A DNA stretch of 63,916 nt, filler included, from Octopus bimaculoides (Eukaryota), in the NCBI RefSeq assembly GCF_001194135.2. It is 7 parts of 5 records of this genome, joined end to end, with 100 filler letters (N's around TTAATTAATTAA, not from the genome) between each part and the next. Parts side by side here need not be neighbours in the genome. Positions count along the whole stretch, not along the records: positions 1 to 24,146 come from NC_068988.1; positions 24,247 to 48,157 come from NC_068991.1; 5 more parts are not named here. One strand, 5' to 3'. The notes beneath the pieces were generated by a model. The model had not been told where the DNA came from. It made no database searches and saw nothing but the letters and a program-made list of their open reading frames with translations. Below, piece by piece: positions 11,876-24,937 of this stretch. Within the stretch, counting starts at the first letter, position 1; each line of letters opens with the position of its first letter. The position numbers and the translations under genes are program-made.

Positions 11876-12212
11876 ACCAGTTGCTTAATTAAGTACTGAG
11901 GTTGTTCTAATCGACTGGCTCCCTCCCCCAAAATTCGGGCCTTGTGCCTAGAGTAGAAAAGATTATTACATCCATCTAAGGCGACGAGCTGGCAGAAACG
12001 TTAGCACGCCGGGCGAAATGCTTAGCGGTATTTCGTCAGTCTTTACGTTCTGAGTTCAAATTCCGCCGAGGTCGACTTTGCCTTTCATCCTTTCAGGGTC
12101 GATAAATTAAGTACCAGTTGCTTAATTAAGTACTGAGGTTGTTCTAATCGACTGGCTCCCTCCCCCAAAATTCGGGCCTTGTGCCTAGAGTAGAAAAGAT
12201 TATTACATCCAT
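11876..12212 (+). mobile_element. SINE family A, one full copy preceded by an identical tail copy at a gap edge
   Basis: 11876-11977 is repeated at about 12114-12212, including the private variant ttgcttaattaagtactgagg. Confidence 0.85.
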
Positions 12213-12939
12213 CTCCCTGTACCTGTAGTATTCCTCTTCTAAACAACTGTTTCATATTTCACATTTCGTTTCCTTAACACTGCCTGTTGTATACCTTTTA
12301 AACTGTAACGGTTTATTTCTCTTATGAATGCTAAACCACTGCAAAATATACTGCTTATAGCTTCTATCTTCCACATTGAGCACTAACCTGTTTTACACGT
12401 AACATTTGAATCTTGCCGTAGAATTTCCTCAACAACAATTTTCCTGTTTTCAAATAATAATCTTACAATAGCTTACAGATTTTACTTTTGTTTCTGAAAC
12501 TTCTTTTTACAATCAATTTTAGGCTATTGAATGTTTTGAAATCTTATAAGCGTATAACTATTTGGCTTCGTTTACCCATTAGATAATTACTTCTCTTAGA
12601 TACATGCAGCTGATAGCTAAGTTCTTTGTCTATCATATATGATATCGTCTATATTTACCATCATTGTTTCTCTAGATTCTCTTATCTTCTTCTGTATGTT
12701 CGCTTTCTTTCTATATTTGTTGTAATCAGTTCTGGTTTTATGTAGCTGTTTTCGCTTGCCTCTCTTTATCTATCTGTATATGTATTTATATACATGCCAC
12801 TCTCTATATATCTATGAGTTTATAGGTATATACACATAAATATATGAGTGTAGATATTTTTTATATTTATGTGATGTGCATATCAATGAATATGTGCTGT
12901 GTATACATGTATATATATAGCTTTTATCTTTTACATTAG

Positions 12940-13139
12940 ACAGCGGCCATGCTGGGGCACTACACTAAAGAATTTTAGTCGAAAGAATCGGCACCAGTAC
13001 TTTTTAGAGTCTGGTACTTATTCTATCAGTGTCTTTTACCGAACTGCTAAGTTACGGAGACGTTTACAGACCAACACCGGTTGTCAAGCGTTGGTGGGGA
13101 GAAACACAGACACAAAGGCACACACACACATACACACAC

Positions 13140-13236
<97 letters not shown>

Positions 13237-13415
13237 AATACATATATATATGCGACGGGCCTCATTCAGTTTCCGTCTACCAAATCCATTCACCAGGCCT
13301 TCATCACCCCTGGTCTATAGTAGAAGTCATCTGCCCAAGGTGCTTTGAAGTGGAATTGAACCCAGAACCATGTGATTGGGAAACAAACTTCTTACTGCAC
13401 AGCCCCTCCTGCGCC
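12940..13415 (-). mobile_element. SINE family B, full length, with long internal (TA)n
   Basis: Head at 13415, CORE-like motif, about 110 bp TA tract at 13145-13250, tail ending gccccagcatggccg on the minus strand. Confidence 0.85.
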
Positions 13416-13489
13416 TATATAGTGACTTAACTCTCAGTGCCCCGGGAGAAGAGACTTAACATTACTCGCGGGCTGAAGAAAACTAAATA

Positions 13490-13865
13490 TTAGGGCTTGG
13501 TGAGGCATTTGTCAAGAGGACAGTGCACAGTGACATTCTTTTGAAAGTTCGTTGCCACGGATCTTCGGTTCGCTGATTCCTGAAGAATATTCGTTTGGAA
13601 CCCAAACAAATGAAGAAAGCCACCGAGGCGATAGCCATAGCAGCTGAGACTATTTCGAAATGGTTGTGACTGACACGCAACTACAAATGGTAACTTTTTC
13701 TCACTGCCCACTCAAACGAAGCATACAGGATAACGGTCGAAACAGTCGCAAACCCTGAGATACGTTCTGAAGATACAGAAGTACTTCCAATAATTGCCAT
13801 AACTTTAGTAATTACCAGAAGAGCTTGCAATATCTTTCATTGGCTCCTGCAGTTCTTGTGTGGGG
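13490..13865 (+). mobile_element. Decayed LINE ORF2 fragment, same family as 52050-52720 (opposite strand)
   Basis: Reverse complement gaactgcaggagccaatgaaagatattgcaagctcttctgg...gtatcttcag aligns with gaaattgcaggagctgcttaaagatattacaagcttttctg...gtatcttcag at about 52268-52345. Confidence 0.45.
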
Positions 13866-14136
13866 CAAATCATATCTGATGTATACTTTGCCTTTCATCT
13901 TTTCGGGGTCAAAAAATTAAGTACCAGTCAAGTACTGGAGTCAATCTAATCGACTGGTCCCCTCCCCCAAAATTTCGGGCCTTGTCTCTAGAGTAGAAAA
14001 GAATATATTTGTAGAATACATGTTAGTTTCCGCTTTTTTGTTTTGACCTATCTATAAATACATGTCTATATGCATATATGTATTACGTATGTATGTATGT
14101 ATGTATGTATGTATGTATGTATGTATGTATGTATTC

Positions 14137-14197
<61 letters not shown>

Positions 14198-14989
14198 GAA
14201 TGTGTGTTAATCTTATAGATTGTGTGTGTTCGTGTGTATGTATGTGTGTATATATACATACATACATTTACACATGCACTTGTACGTATACACGCACATG
14301 CCCATGCATATATCTATACACACACATATATATTCGAATCACTCAGTCATATTACCATTCATTCAATCGAAGAAAGTAGCGTGACCGTATATAAGAAAAA
14401 AAATACTGGCTAAACGCATCGAAATGTAAGTCATCAATATATTGACGTTTGACAGGCTATGAAACAAATACCTTTATGCGTGAACATACTCATAAAACCA
14501 ATCTAAAACATACTTTGGTTACTCGAATGGTATTAAAGCATACTTTACCTATTCATCTATTCACTCTTCATTCACAGACCACGTAATAATTTGATCTATT
14601 GACGTGAAAATTCAGGTGATATTTTCATATCTTCTCTGCCGTGTTGTATAACGAATAAAAATGTGGCAACTATTGCTAATTAAGATTTAATGTTGATAAA
14701 CAAAGAGTTTTTTAAAGTTACATAAGCATTGTTCAAAGCATGGCGTTTTCTATGCACTCATTATTAATCACATTTCAGTGTGATTGCGTTTACTTATTGC
14801 TTGCTTATTTTCATGCTACTTCCTTACTTCAGTCGTTTTAAGAAGCTGTAACGCGAAACTCAGAATCACGATTCAAGAAGCATCAGCCTGTCATGCAATT
14901 TACTCAGTGTATTTAATGTATTAAATACTTTTCTTCGTTTCTTATCACAGATATTCACCGATCCATAAACGTGCGTGAATGCCTGTGGT

Positions 14990-15100
14990 TAAGTGCCTGT
15001 GGTTAAGTGCATGTGGTTAAGTGCATGTGGTTAAGTGCATGTGGTTAAGTGCATATGGTTAAGTGCATAGGTTAAATGCGTTCGATTAAGTGCGTGTGGA
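14990..15100. repeat. 14-bp minisatellite (gtgcatgtggttaa) about x8, decaying towards the 3' end
   Basis: Units read directly. Confidence 0.9.
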
Positions 15101-16023
15101 CAGATGTATTAAACAAGATTGTGAACTGGAGTTCAAAACTGAAATTAATAAGATCTATCGTTGTTGATATAACGCTAAAACATAAAATATCTAATAATTT
15201 CAAAAATTTATTGATACACGTTATGCGCACATAAAATTTGAGACCATCACAGTTCTAAACTGAAACTAATCAAGCTTTATCATTATGAATATCACGCTTA
15301 ATCATAAACTATATATTGACTTAAAAATACATGCATCTATAAAAATGTTATATAGAAATTAAGGTTTTGAGAAGAATTTTCGGGAAGTATTTTATTAAAT
15401 GAAAACGAAAGCTAGACTCTTGCCAGCGTCGTCGATCTCTTTTCATAATTACGAACATAATTAATGGAATAATTTTATATTTCGTGCAACATTTGCCTTG
15501 ATGTGAAAAGCATATGTTTTTGTATTTTCACGTGTATGTATCCGAGTATGAATAACTACATATGTATGCGTGTCTGTGTATGTATGTATGTATATATATA
15601 TANNNNNNNNNNNNNNNNNNNNNNNNNNNNNNNNNNNNNNNNNNNNNNNNNNNNNNNNNNNNNNNNNNNNNNNNNNNNNNNNNNNNNNNNNNNNNNNNNN
15701 NNNNNNNNNNNNNNNNNNNNNNNNNNNNNNNNNNNNNNNNNNNNNNNNNNNNNNNNNNNNNNNNNNNNNNNNNNNNNNNNNNNNNNNNNNNNNNNNNNNN
15801 NNNNNNNNNNNNNNNNNNNNNNNNNNNNNNNNNNNNNNNNNNNNNNNNNNNNNNNNNNNNNNNNNNNNNNNNNNNNNNNNNNNNNNNNNNNNNNNNNNNN
15901 NNNNNNNNNNNNNNNNNNNNNNNNNNNNNNNNNNNNNNNNNNNNNNNNNNNNNNNNNNNNNNNNNNNNNNNNNNNNNNNNNNNNNNNNNNNNNNNNNNNN
16001 NNNNNNNNNNNNNNNNNNNNNNN

Positions 16024-16100
<77 letters not shown>

Positions 16101-16309
16101 AAAAGTCTTGGTGAAAATTATTTGACACAGTTTTACCAAGTATAAAAAAAGATTTCTTAAAAGAAAATAATGATTGTAAATTCTTTATCAAAATATCACT
16201 AACCCTTTTGGAAAAACTTTGTTTCGAGTATGTGTGAGCACTTTCGATATATATACTAGCAAACGCACCCGTCTTTTGTACGGTTTAAGTTGCTCTGGTG
16301 GTCATCCCT

Positions 16310-16816
16310 GGAAGTGTGGTATTGTATATCGTCCCCCAGGATCGGTCAATGGAGAGTTCTACTGCGACGTTTTGAAGCGTTTGAAGGAGGACATCCGGTG
16401 AAAGCGACCGGTTCTGTAGAAAGACAAAGAATTGGATTGTTCACGACGACAATGCAGTCAGTCACCGAGCTCTCTTTACTCATGAGTTTCTCGCCAAAAA
16501 CATGGCACCGCTTCCACACTGACCCTATTCGCCAGATTTAGCCCCTGCGAACTCCCCTCTCTTCCCGAAGTTGAAAGTACAGCTCAAAGGGCGTCGTTTT
16601 AACACCGTTGTCGAGATCCAGAGCGAATCGCAGAAGGTCCTAGACTTGCTTACGGAAAACGACTTCCAGGGCGGATTCCAAAAGTGATTCCAAAAGTTTG
16701 GACCGGTACATTGCTGTGCAAGGTGACTAATTCGAAGTAGCTGATGTTAAAACTTAGATAAATAAGTTATTTTTTATTAAACATAACTAGTCCGGGAACT
16801 TTTTAATACCACCTCG
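16310..16816 (+). pseudogene. Mariner transposase C-terminal relic with right TIR and TA
   Basis: Frames give GIVYRPPGSVNGEFYCDVLKRL, HDDNA, PYSPDLAPAN (third catalytic Asp appears mutated to Asn), LFPKLKVQLKGRRFNTVVEIQSESQKVL. Ends agtccgggaactttttaataccacctcg followed by TA (16817-16818). Stops and frameshifts present. Confidence 0.9.
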
Positions 16817-17073
16817 TATATAAATGATACGAGGAGTTTTCGTCGGGGTAACTCAACCTAATAGGTGTGTACTCTGCATGCTTAGTTTGGTATGCCACTA
16901 AAATTCAAGTTTGAACTGCAGTTGAACATGTGATTTTGTGACTGCCCTTTCTAAAGCGGTTTGAAGTGGCTTCCCCTTGAGCTGGGAGGAATAGGTTAAA
17001 GCAGAAAAGAAAAGGAAAAGGTAAACAGTTGGGTAAGACTTGACAAGGACATTAAATTTATCTACCTACCTAC

Positions 17074-17131
<58 letters not shown>

Positions 17132-17345
17132 CTCTCTCCATCTCTATCTCTCTCTCCATCTCTATCTCTCTCTCCATCTCTATCTCTCTCTCCATCTCTA
17201 TCTCTCTCTCCATCTCTATCTCTCTCTCCATNNNNNNNNNNNNNNNNNNNNNNNNNNNNNNNNNNNNNNNNNNNNNNNNNNNNNNNNNNNNNNNNNNNNN
17301 NNNNNNNNNNNNNNNNNNNNNNNNNNNNNNNNNNNNNNNNNNNNN

Positions 17346-17386
<41 letters not shown>

Positions 17387-17946
17387 CAAGCGTACATATA
17401 TGTGTATGTGTGTGCGTGTGTGTGTGTGTGAATGGGTGCATGTATGTGCATAGACCTTGCAGTCAAAATAGTACCAGTTCAGTCGTCTTGCAATGCTTGT
17501 CACTGGAACCTCCTATGACGACCGACAGAGTAGCAAAAGTGTTGTACAAACTTTTGTCAGTTAATCCCAATGGCGTACATCTCTCTCACTCTTTTTATTT
17601 CTCGATCCGTTTTGTAATTTACGAAATTCTGTGGAGATAGATGCATGGCGACATCCTAAAACGTCATATCCGCCTACATGCAAAGATGAAAGTAGCTCAG
17701 AAAGAAGATGATAGCCTGTGAAATAGCTATCATCTGACAAGATGAGACAGCCGTCTTCGTGTATGTATATATGTGTGTGTGAGTAAGAAATTTGATTGCA
17801 TCTTAGGGGCTTCTGGTTCGTTGTTGCTCCGCTGCACTTTCAGCAATTAAGTTTGTATTGTAACCTACAGAGCGATTCAGAATCTGAGTGGAAGTCAGCC
17901 ACATATATTTATGTGTGAATGTGCGTGTGTATGCGTGTGTGGTATG

Positions 17947-17999
<53 letters not shown>

Positions 18000-18999
18000 T
18001 GCGTGTGTGTATGATCGATTAAAATCTTTAATATAGTACCTCAGCATTGGTGCTCTCTGAATTATTAAAACACTAAAAGATGTAATGTTCTGAAGCAAGC
18101 TCTGAAATGAAACCAAAGCGAGGCTTTTACCCCATTAAAGCCGAGACACTTTCACAATCATAAAAAGGTTTCGTACAAATGTTAGAGACTATTTAACTTA
18201 AATCTCCTCACTACAACACTGTTATAACGTTTGAGAACGAAAATCTATTGAAAGGAACTGCCAGATATTTCGCAAGAGCAGAAAATATTGACGCTGTCCT
18301 ATTTATCAATCTGCTGGGTGAAGTTAAAAGTGCAGCTGAAATAGCTGAATATTAAATGTTGAATTTCTCTTGGAATAAGAGACAATTCATATGTCAACCC
18401 ATTTAGAAAATTCAATTGAAAAACCATAATTAATAATGGCCAATATTCTTGCCGTATGAGAATAGAAATAGAGAGATATTTAACATGGTACTTAAAAGTT
18501 GACAGTTTCCAGCAAATTAACTTTCCAAACTGAAAGCAAGATCGAGTATTATATTATCTGGAATTTTAATTTTTCGAAGTTTAATATTTTAACTATATTT
18601 TATTTATAAAGATTTCTAACTATACACATGAAATTATTTTCAATACAATTATTGTTGTAGTCATCGTGATTCACGTCGCCGAAGCTGCTGTTGTTTCGGT
18701 CCCCTGCCCCCACCCAGTTGTTCAAGCGCACAATTGGTAACACAGAAAATTTTAAATTGTATTTTATCATTAATGAAACACATAACAGGTCTTTCTTTCG
18801 AACTAGTAGTAGTAGTGGTGGTTGTAGAAGTAGTAGTAGTAGTAATTGTAGGACTAGTAGTAGTAACTGTTTGCCGTTGGATTTGATATCGACTTTCTCT
18901 ATCGTATAAAACCTGATAATAATGTCTTATTAATGCTTGTTTTTCCTCGAATATACATTCCTTAAAATCCTCCCAAGCATCCAGGATGTATCTCAGTCG

Positions 19000-19009
<10 letters not shown>

Positions 19010-19076
<67 letters not shown>

Positions 19077-19520
19077 CCTTTCTACTACAGGCATAGGCCT
19101 GAAATATTGGGGGAGGGAACAAGTCGATTACCTCGACCCCAGTGTTTCACTGGTACTTAATTTATCGACCCCGAAAGGATGAAAGGCAAAGTCAACCTGG
19201 GCGGAATTTGAACTCAGAAGGCAGCGAGCTGGCAGAAACGTTAGCGCGCCGGGCGAAATGCTTATCGGCATTTCGTCTGCCGTTACGTTCTGAGTTCAAA
19301 TTCCGCCGAGGTCGACTTTGCCTTTCATCATTTCGGGGTCGATAAATTAAGTACCAGTTACGCACTGGGGTCGAAGTAATCGACTTAATCCCTTTGTATG
19401 CCCTTGTTTGTCCCCTCTATGTTTAGCCCCTTGTGGGCAATAAAGAAACAGGAATTTGAACTCAGAACGTTAAGGCGGGCCGCTAAGCATTTTGCTCGGC
19501 GTGCTAACGATTCTGTCACA
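19010..19520. mobile_element. Nested SINE A: plus-strand copy (19220-19450, tail B) inserted into a minus-strand copy (tail A, (ATT)n end)
   Basis: 17-bp duplication ggaatttgaactcagaa at 19203-19219 and 19451-19467. Confidence 0.9.
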
Positions 19521-19534
19521 AATTCAGGTTTACC

Positions 19535-20870
19535 CTACAGGCGCATGCTTAGAAGAGGTCCATTCACCTTTGCCATTTTCGTGACAGTTCTCCACCTTTT
19601 GACAAATTCACTGGGAGAGAATGCTTTCCTCTCTACCTTCATTTCAAGTGGAAGAAAAAATCGATGATGTCTTGACCGAAGAGGAATGGCTCTCTCCTCA
19701 ACCATTTCAGCCTCGTCCAACACAGAATCTCTTTCAAATAATAATTGCTTATCCCGAATTTACAGCGCGTTCTTTATGGCAATTATCCACCGAGCACAGA
19801 GTAAAATCTTCTGGAATAAACTACTCGTCTAGAATTCATTCATGTCCAGCATATCGTCATTCAATCTTTCTAGAATGTCCAGTGTGGACTACTTGACCGG
19901 AAAGAGGACTGGTTTTCTGATAGCAGTACAACTATCAAGTGCACAAGCTTTATCTTTTTTTAAATCAGATCTGCAGCTACATCGAACAGATGAATAACAG
20001 AAAGATGTGAATCACAGACGGTGACCTACTGACCGACTAAGAATCTCTATAAATTCTGTAGCTTCAGCCGATATTAACGCATCGTATTTTTGGATAGCCT
20101 ATGGAACTTCTGATGAGTAGAATGCATCTATTTAACAAGTAACAAGAGAGAAGACACTCTAATAGCGTTAGAAACAGTGTGGAGTACGGCACAACTGTGA
20201 GGGTTTAACAGATAACGGCTTTTCAAAGATAACTTCCTCTGAGCTAATTACCGAGTGAGATTGGTGACCATATTCGTAACCGTACCCCTAAGTATCGAGC
20301 TGTATCGATAATCGTGTCTATCGAATGCTTTAACCTTATTAAAAAGGATCAGCGCCCCAGCAAAGCCAGATCTACCTTCGTGCCTCTCTACGATCTGTAA
20401 CATGAGGTGAAGGCTGATCTGAATAGATCTGTCGTGAGTTGCCCTTGTTTATGTAGGTTCAGCAGTACAATCTACGATATGTGCTGATTTATTGGTAAAT
20501 ATCTTAACCAAAACCCTTAACTCTGCATTTAGCAGAGAATACGACCTGAAATCTTTTTCTATCCTGTCTTCTTTGCTTGCATCCGTCCACGCAGCACCGC
20601 CACTTTTCTCTCATTTAACTAATTATTCACCCGTTTTGCTGCCAATATTGTTAGACATTTGCCGAGTATGGCATGTTCCAATATAATTCGCAGAAAAAAA
20701 CCATCAAATCCCGGTGACTTATCTCTTGCATAACCTGAATAAGTATCCCTTAAATCAAACTTTTGCACGACCACACTACCTCCTGCACTACGTTTCATGG
20801 CTGTCAGTTGACATTGATACCAACATAGATTTCATTGTCTCCAATACGCCGTTTCTTAGGACCAATTCAG
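19535..20870 (-). pseudogene. L1/Tx1-clade LINE ORF2 relic (RT plus C-terminus), heavily deleted
   Basis: Minus frames give ARDKSPGFDG, DFRSYSLLNAELRVLVK, RSIQISLHLMLQIVE...GALILFNKVKAFDR, VTNLTR*LAQRKLSLKSR and C-terminal KVERKAFSPSEFVKRW...KVNGPLLSMRL, in the expected order. Confidence 0.8.
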
Positions 20871-21100
20871 AAACGTGCTACAAAAAAGATACTTATATGT
20901 ATAGACATATAAATATATAGGCACATATACATACACAAACGCACACACACACGCACACACACGCACACACACGCACACACACACTCGCACACGCACACAC
21001 ATGCACACACACACACACACATGTATATATATATATATATACACGCACATATAAATGCATACAAACACACACACGCGCAAATACTTATATATACACACAT

Positions 21101-21153
<53 letters not shown>

Positions 21154-21299
21154 CCCTCAGCCTTATGAGTTGTAGTGTATAGCAGTTATGTATTTATATC
21201 AACACTTTCAATAAAATCGCAAGACGTTAATTGCCGTTCGTAAGCTTAGCTAAGGTCTCTTGGTTTATGTATTTACCTCTCGGCGCTTGCATGCACATT

Positions 21300-21463
21300 G
21301 TTATCATCATCATCATCATCATCATCCTTGTCGTCGTCGTCGTCACCACCACCATCAAAACCACCACCACCACCACCAAGAACAACATCATCATGGTCAT
21401 CAACGTCATCATCATCGTCATTATCGTTGTCATCATCATCATCACCATCATCATCATCTTTAT

Positions 21464-21523
<60 letters not shown>

Positions 21524-21555
21524 TATTATTATTATTATTATTATTATCATTATTG
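21300..21555. repeat. Compound trinucleotide microsatellite (CAT/CGT/CAC then TAA and TTA runs)
   Basis: Direct reading. Confidence 0.95.
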
Positions 21556-22284
21556 TATCATCACCATTGTTAGTATTATTCTTTTGTTAGTGGCACTACA
21601 TAAACGGAAAGACTGCAGAGATCGTACATGCAGAATGTGATGTTGACGCTGTAGCATGCACAGAGTTTGAAATTAAAAGAGAAAAAAAAAAAAATGCATC
21701 CAAAATTATTAAACCGAAGAAGAAAAATTTTCGGTAATACAAATTGACATTTCATGAATATCAACGACTAACAATTTCATTTGCTAATAAGCTTAGAAGT
21801 ACGCTTAATCCGCTTGCGGATTATTACGATTATCTACTGTTCTCCTTTGTCTATTGTTGTATTGCGTGTGGATAATCAAAAGTTGAGAAATATCTGGAAA
21901 CTGGAATCGAGAATCATTTAACGTTTCTACCATGTCGTTGTGGCGTAACTTAACGGTATAATATGGTTGATCAGTAAGCCGAAACATCATATCTATCAAT
22001 GGCTGCTGCTAAGTAACTATAAAGATATTTCATTTTGATAATGCTCTTGACTATAATACTTTAATGATTTTCTTATTGTACGTTATGGTCAGAGTATTTA
22101 GATATAATTCCATAAATGTGCTTAGAGAATTTACCTTGATTTGTGTCAAGAACGCGGATATTTTTACCCTGCATTTCAAAAATATTATCTAAACCTGTTT
22201 TAAAAGAAAGCAAAAAGATATTTTCTCTTCTTTTTAATTATATCAGTTATACCATAAGTTAATTATACCATTAGTAAAGCGACG

Positions 22285-22680
22285 AAGGCGTCGAGCTAGC
22301 AGTATCGTTACCTCGCCGGATAAAGTGATTAGCAACATTACTTCGGACGCTTTACGTTCTGAGTTCAAATGTCACCAAGGTCGACTTTGCCTTTCATTCT
22401 TTTGGGGTCGGTAAAATAAGTACAAGTTGAGCACTGGAGTCAATGCAAACGACTAACCCATTCCCTGAACGCCACTGGTCACGTGCCGACACTGCGCTTG
22501 CTCTAGTAAAAGAAAAGACTTGGCAGTAATTTTTGCGGCTCTGTAAGTTTTAAGTCCAAAACTCACCGGAGTTGACTTATCCTTTCATCCACTCTGAAAT
22601 CGATAAAATAAAGTGTCAGTCAATCACTGGAATCGTTGGGATCGGCTAATTCCCTCTCTTCAAAATTGTTGGCTGTGTGA
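22285..22680 (+). mobile_element. Two old, diverged SINE A copies in tandem
   Basis: gagctagcagtatcgtta...gagttcaaatgtcaccaaggtcgactttgcctttcattc, then a second aagtccaaaactcaccggagttgacttatcctttcatcc. Confidence 0.7.
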
Positions 22681-22687
22681 CGAAGAA

Positions 22688-22829
22688 GCCCGCCTCGGAC
22701 CCGCGTGGTTTCGGGTTTGGTTACACTGTGCGGATCTTTAAGGGCTATAGTCTTGTACTATAGCTCTGAGCAGACCAATGCCTTGTGAGTGAATTTTGTA
22801 GACTGAAGCTGTCTACAAAATATGTCGTA

Positions 22830-22907
<78 letters not shown>

Positions 22908-23112
22908 CCTACCTATCTGTGTGTGTGTGTGTGTGTGTGTGGTATATCTGCGTGTCTCTGTGTTTGACCTTCGCCATCACTTGGTAACCGGTGTTACTTT
23001 GTTTACGTTCCCTTAACTTAGTGGTTTGGTAAAAGAGACAGATAAAATAAGTACTAAGCTTAAAAAATTAAGTATCAGGGTCGATTTATTCAAGTAACCT
23101 CTTCAAGGTGGT
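22688..23112 (+). mobile_element. SINE family B, diverged, internal (ATCT)n/(TG)n
   Basis: gccttgtgagtgaattttgtagac...gtttacgttcccttaacttagtggtttgg...aataagtac. Confidence 0.75.
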
Positions 23113-23280
23113 GTTCCAGTACAGGTATGCATGTGTACGTATATATATATATATATATATATGTAGCAGTACATTGACGATGAGGGATCAGTGGTTCGAT
23201 TATGTGAATTACTCGGTCTATGAATTAATGTGACTTTTATATATACAAACATATATACGTATGTATGTATGTATGTATGT

Positions 23281-23359
<79 letters not shown>

Positions 23360-23753
23360 AAAAAGAGAGAAGGAAAGAAGGAAAGAAAGAAAGAAAGAAA
23401 GAGAGAAATCACACGAGCAAACTTGTGAGGCAGTGAGGATACAAACAAATAATTCATAGAGTTCGACAAGTGGAAGCATATGTAAAAAAAAATACTTAGA
23501 AATATTAAACGGAAAAACAACAGAGAATTGTATGATTAAGATAAATATGTCATAGGAAGAAGCAGAAGAATATTCAACGTTTCGAATTGTAACTTTTATC
23601 AAAGAGAAGAAAAAGGATTAAGAGAGGAAAGAGAAATGTTGCACGAAACCAAATGTAAGACGTCTTTTTTATATGGTAGTCTGAGGTAGAACGGTGGTAT
23701 GAACAAAAATTAAAACATCTGTGTGCATTATATATATATATACACATACATAC

Positions 23754-23790
<37 letters not shown>

Positions 23791-24064
23791 TGTATATACA
23801 TACATATATATATATATATACTTACACACGCGCAATGTGTATGCCTCGTTTATTATTTGGCTATGCCACAATAGAATATAAGATGTTATAAATAGATAGT
23901 TCTGCTGTCACGTTATCATTGAATTTAATGCCTGAGAAATGTTTTCTCTGAAAATCACAATATCAATCTATAACAATTAATCAACGTCGTTTAAGCAGCT
24001 AAACTTTTCCGCCGTCATATGTTTCTGATCTTTCATTTCTCTATCGCTCTGATTCCTTTTGTTC

Positions 24065-24095
<31 letters not shown>

Positions 24096-24190
24096 CCCCC
24101 TCTCTCTCTCCCTCTCCTCTCCCCCCCTCTCTCCCTCTCTCGCCCTNNNNNNNNNNNNNNNNNNNNNNNNNNNNNNNNNNNNNNNNNNNN

Positions 24191-24202
24191 TTAATTAATT
24201 AA
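24191..24202. other. Artificial scaffolding linker TTAATTAATTAA inside N-gaps (also near 48202, 55767, 57249, 60460, 62813)
   Basis: The same 12-mer is always flanked by N on both sides; it encodes stops in all six frames. Confidence 0.95.
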
Positions 24203-24246
24203 NNNNNNNNNNNNNNNNNNNNNNNNNNNNNNNNNNNNNNNNNNNN

Positions 24247-24285
<39 letters not shown>

Positions 24286-24566
24286 TATATACACACACTT
24301 ATATATACACGTATAAGGAGAGAGAGAGAGAGAAAGAGAGAGGGAGAGAGAAGGAGAGAGATGAATAGAATATGTGTGTATGTATGTATATATTTATATG
24401 TGTACGAAAGGATTTACATTACATATGTATATATATGTGCGTGTATGTATATACATATATATACGCATACACACAACGTAAATGCATTTGTACACATATG
24501 TACGCATATAGTCATGAACAGACATACACACGCGCACACAAACACTCATACACACATGCATACATA

Positions 24567-24605
<39 letters not shown>

Positions 24606-24937
24606 ACACACATGCTCATTTGTATACTTTCTAAAAATTCATCAATCGAATAATGATGGTAGAAATGGATGGGTTTACTGTTGACAATAAGTTACAAGGA
24701 ACAAAGATCTAATTAGAAAATCTAGTGAACAAATTATATGATGTACAGAATGGATCAGAAGAGTTTGCTGTGTCTGGAGAGAGTCATTCTCTTTTAGTGC
24801 CTTATTATTTAACACACACACCGGTTCGATTTCCACTCATTTATTTTTCCTAAAATTTTCGTTTCGTCTTGCAACCTTTCAATAGTCATTGACTCTGTTC
24901 GTTATCCGAGCTGCGTTCTTTTTGTTTGTTTGGGCGC

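Noticed and set aside
17706-17735. 10-bp perfect hairpin (agatgatagc/gctatcatct); also an 8-bp hairpin near 21806
   Set aside because: Isolated short stems are expected by chance at this window size; no supporting context.
21591-21690. Protein-like frame WHYINGKTAEIVHAECDVDAVACTEFEIK after an AG
   Set aside because: No good donor site and no recognisable homology; cannot be supported as an exon.
24191-24202. Recurrent palindrome TTAATTAATTAA at six places
   Set aside because: Always embedded in Ns; artificial all-frame-stop scaffolding linker, not biological.
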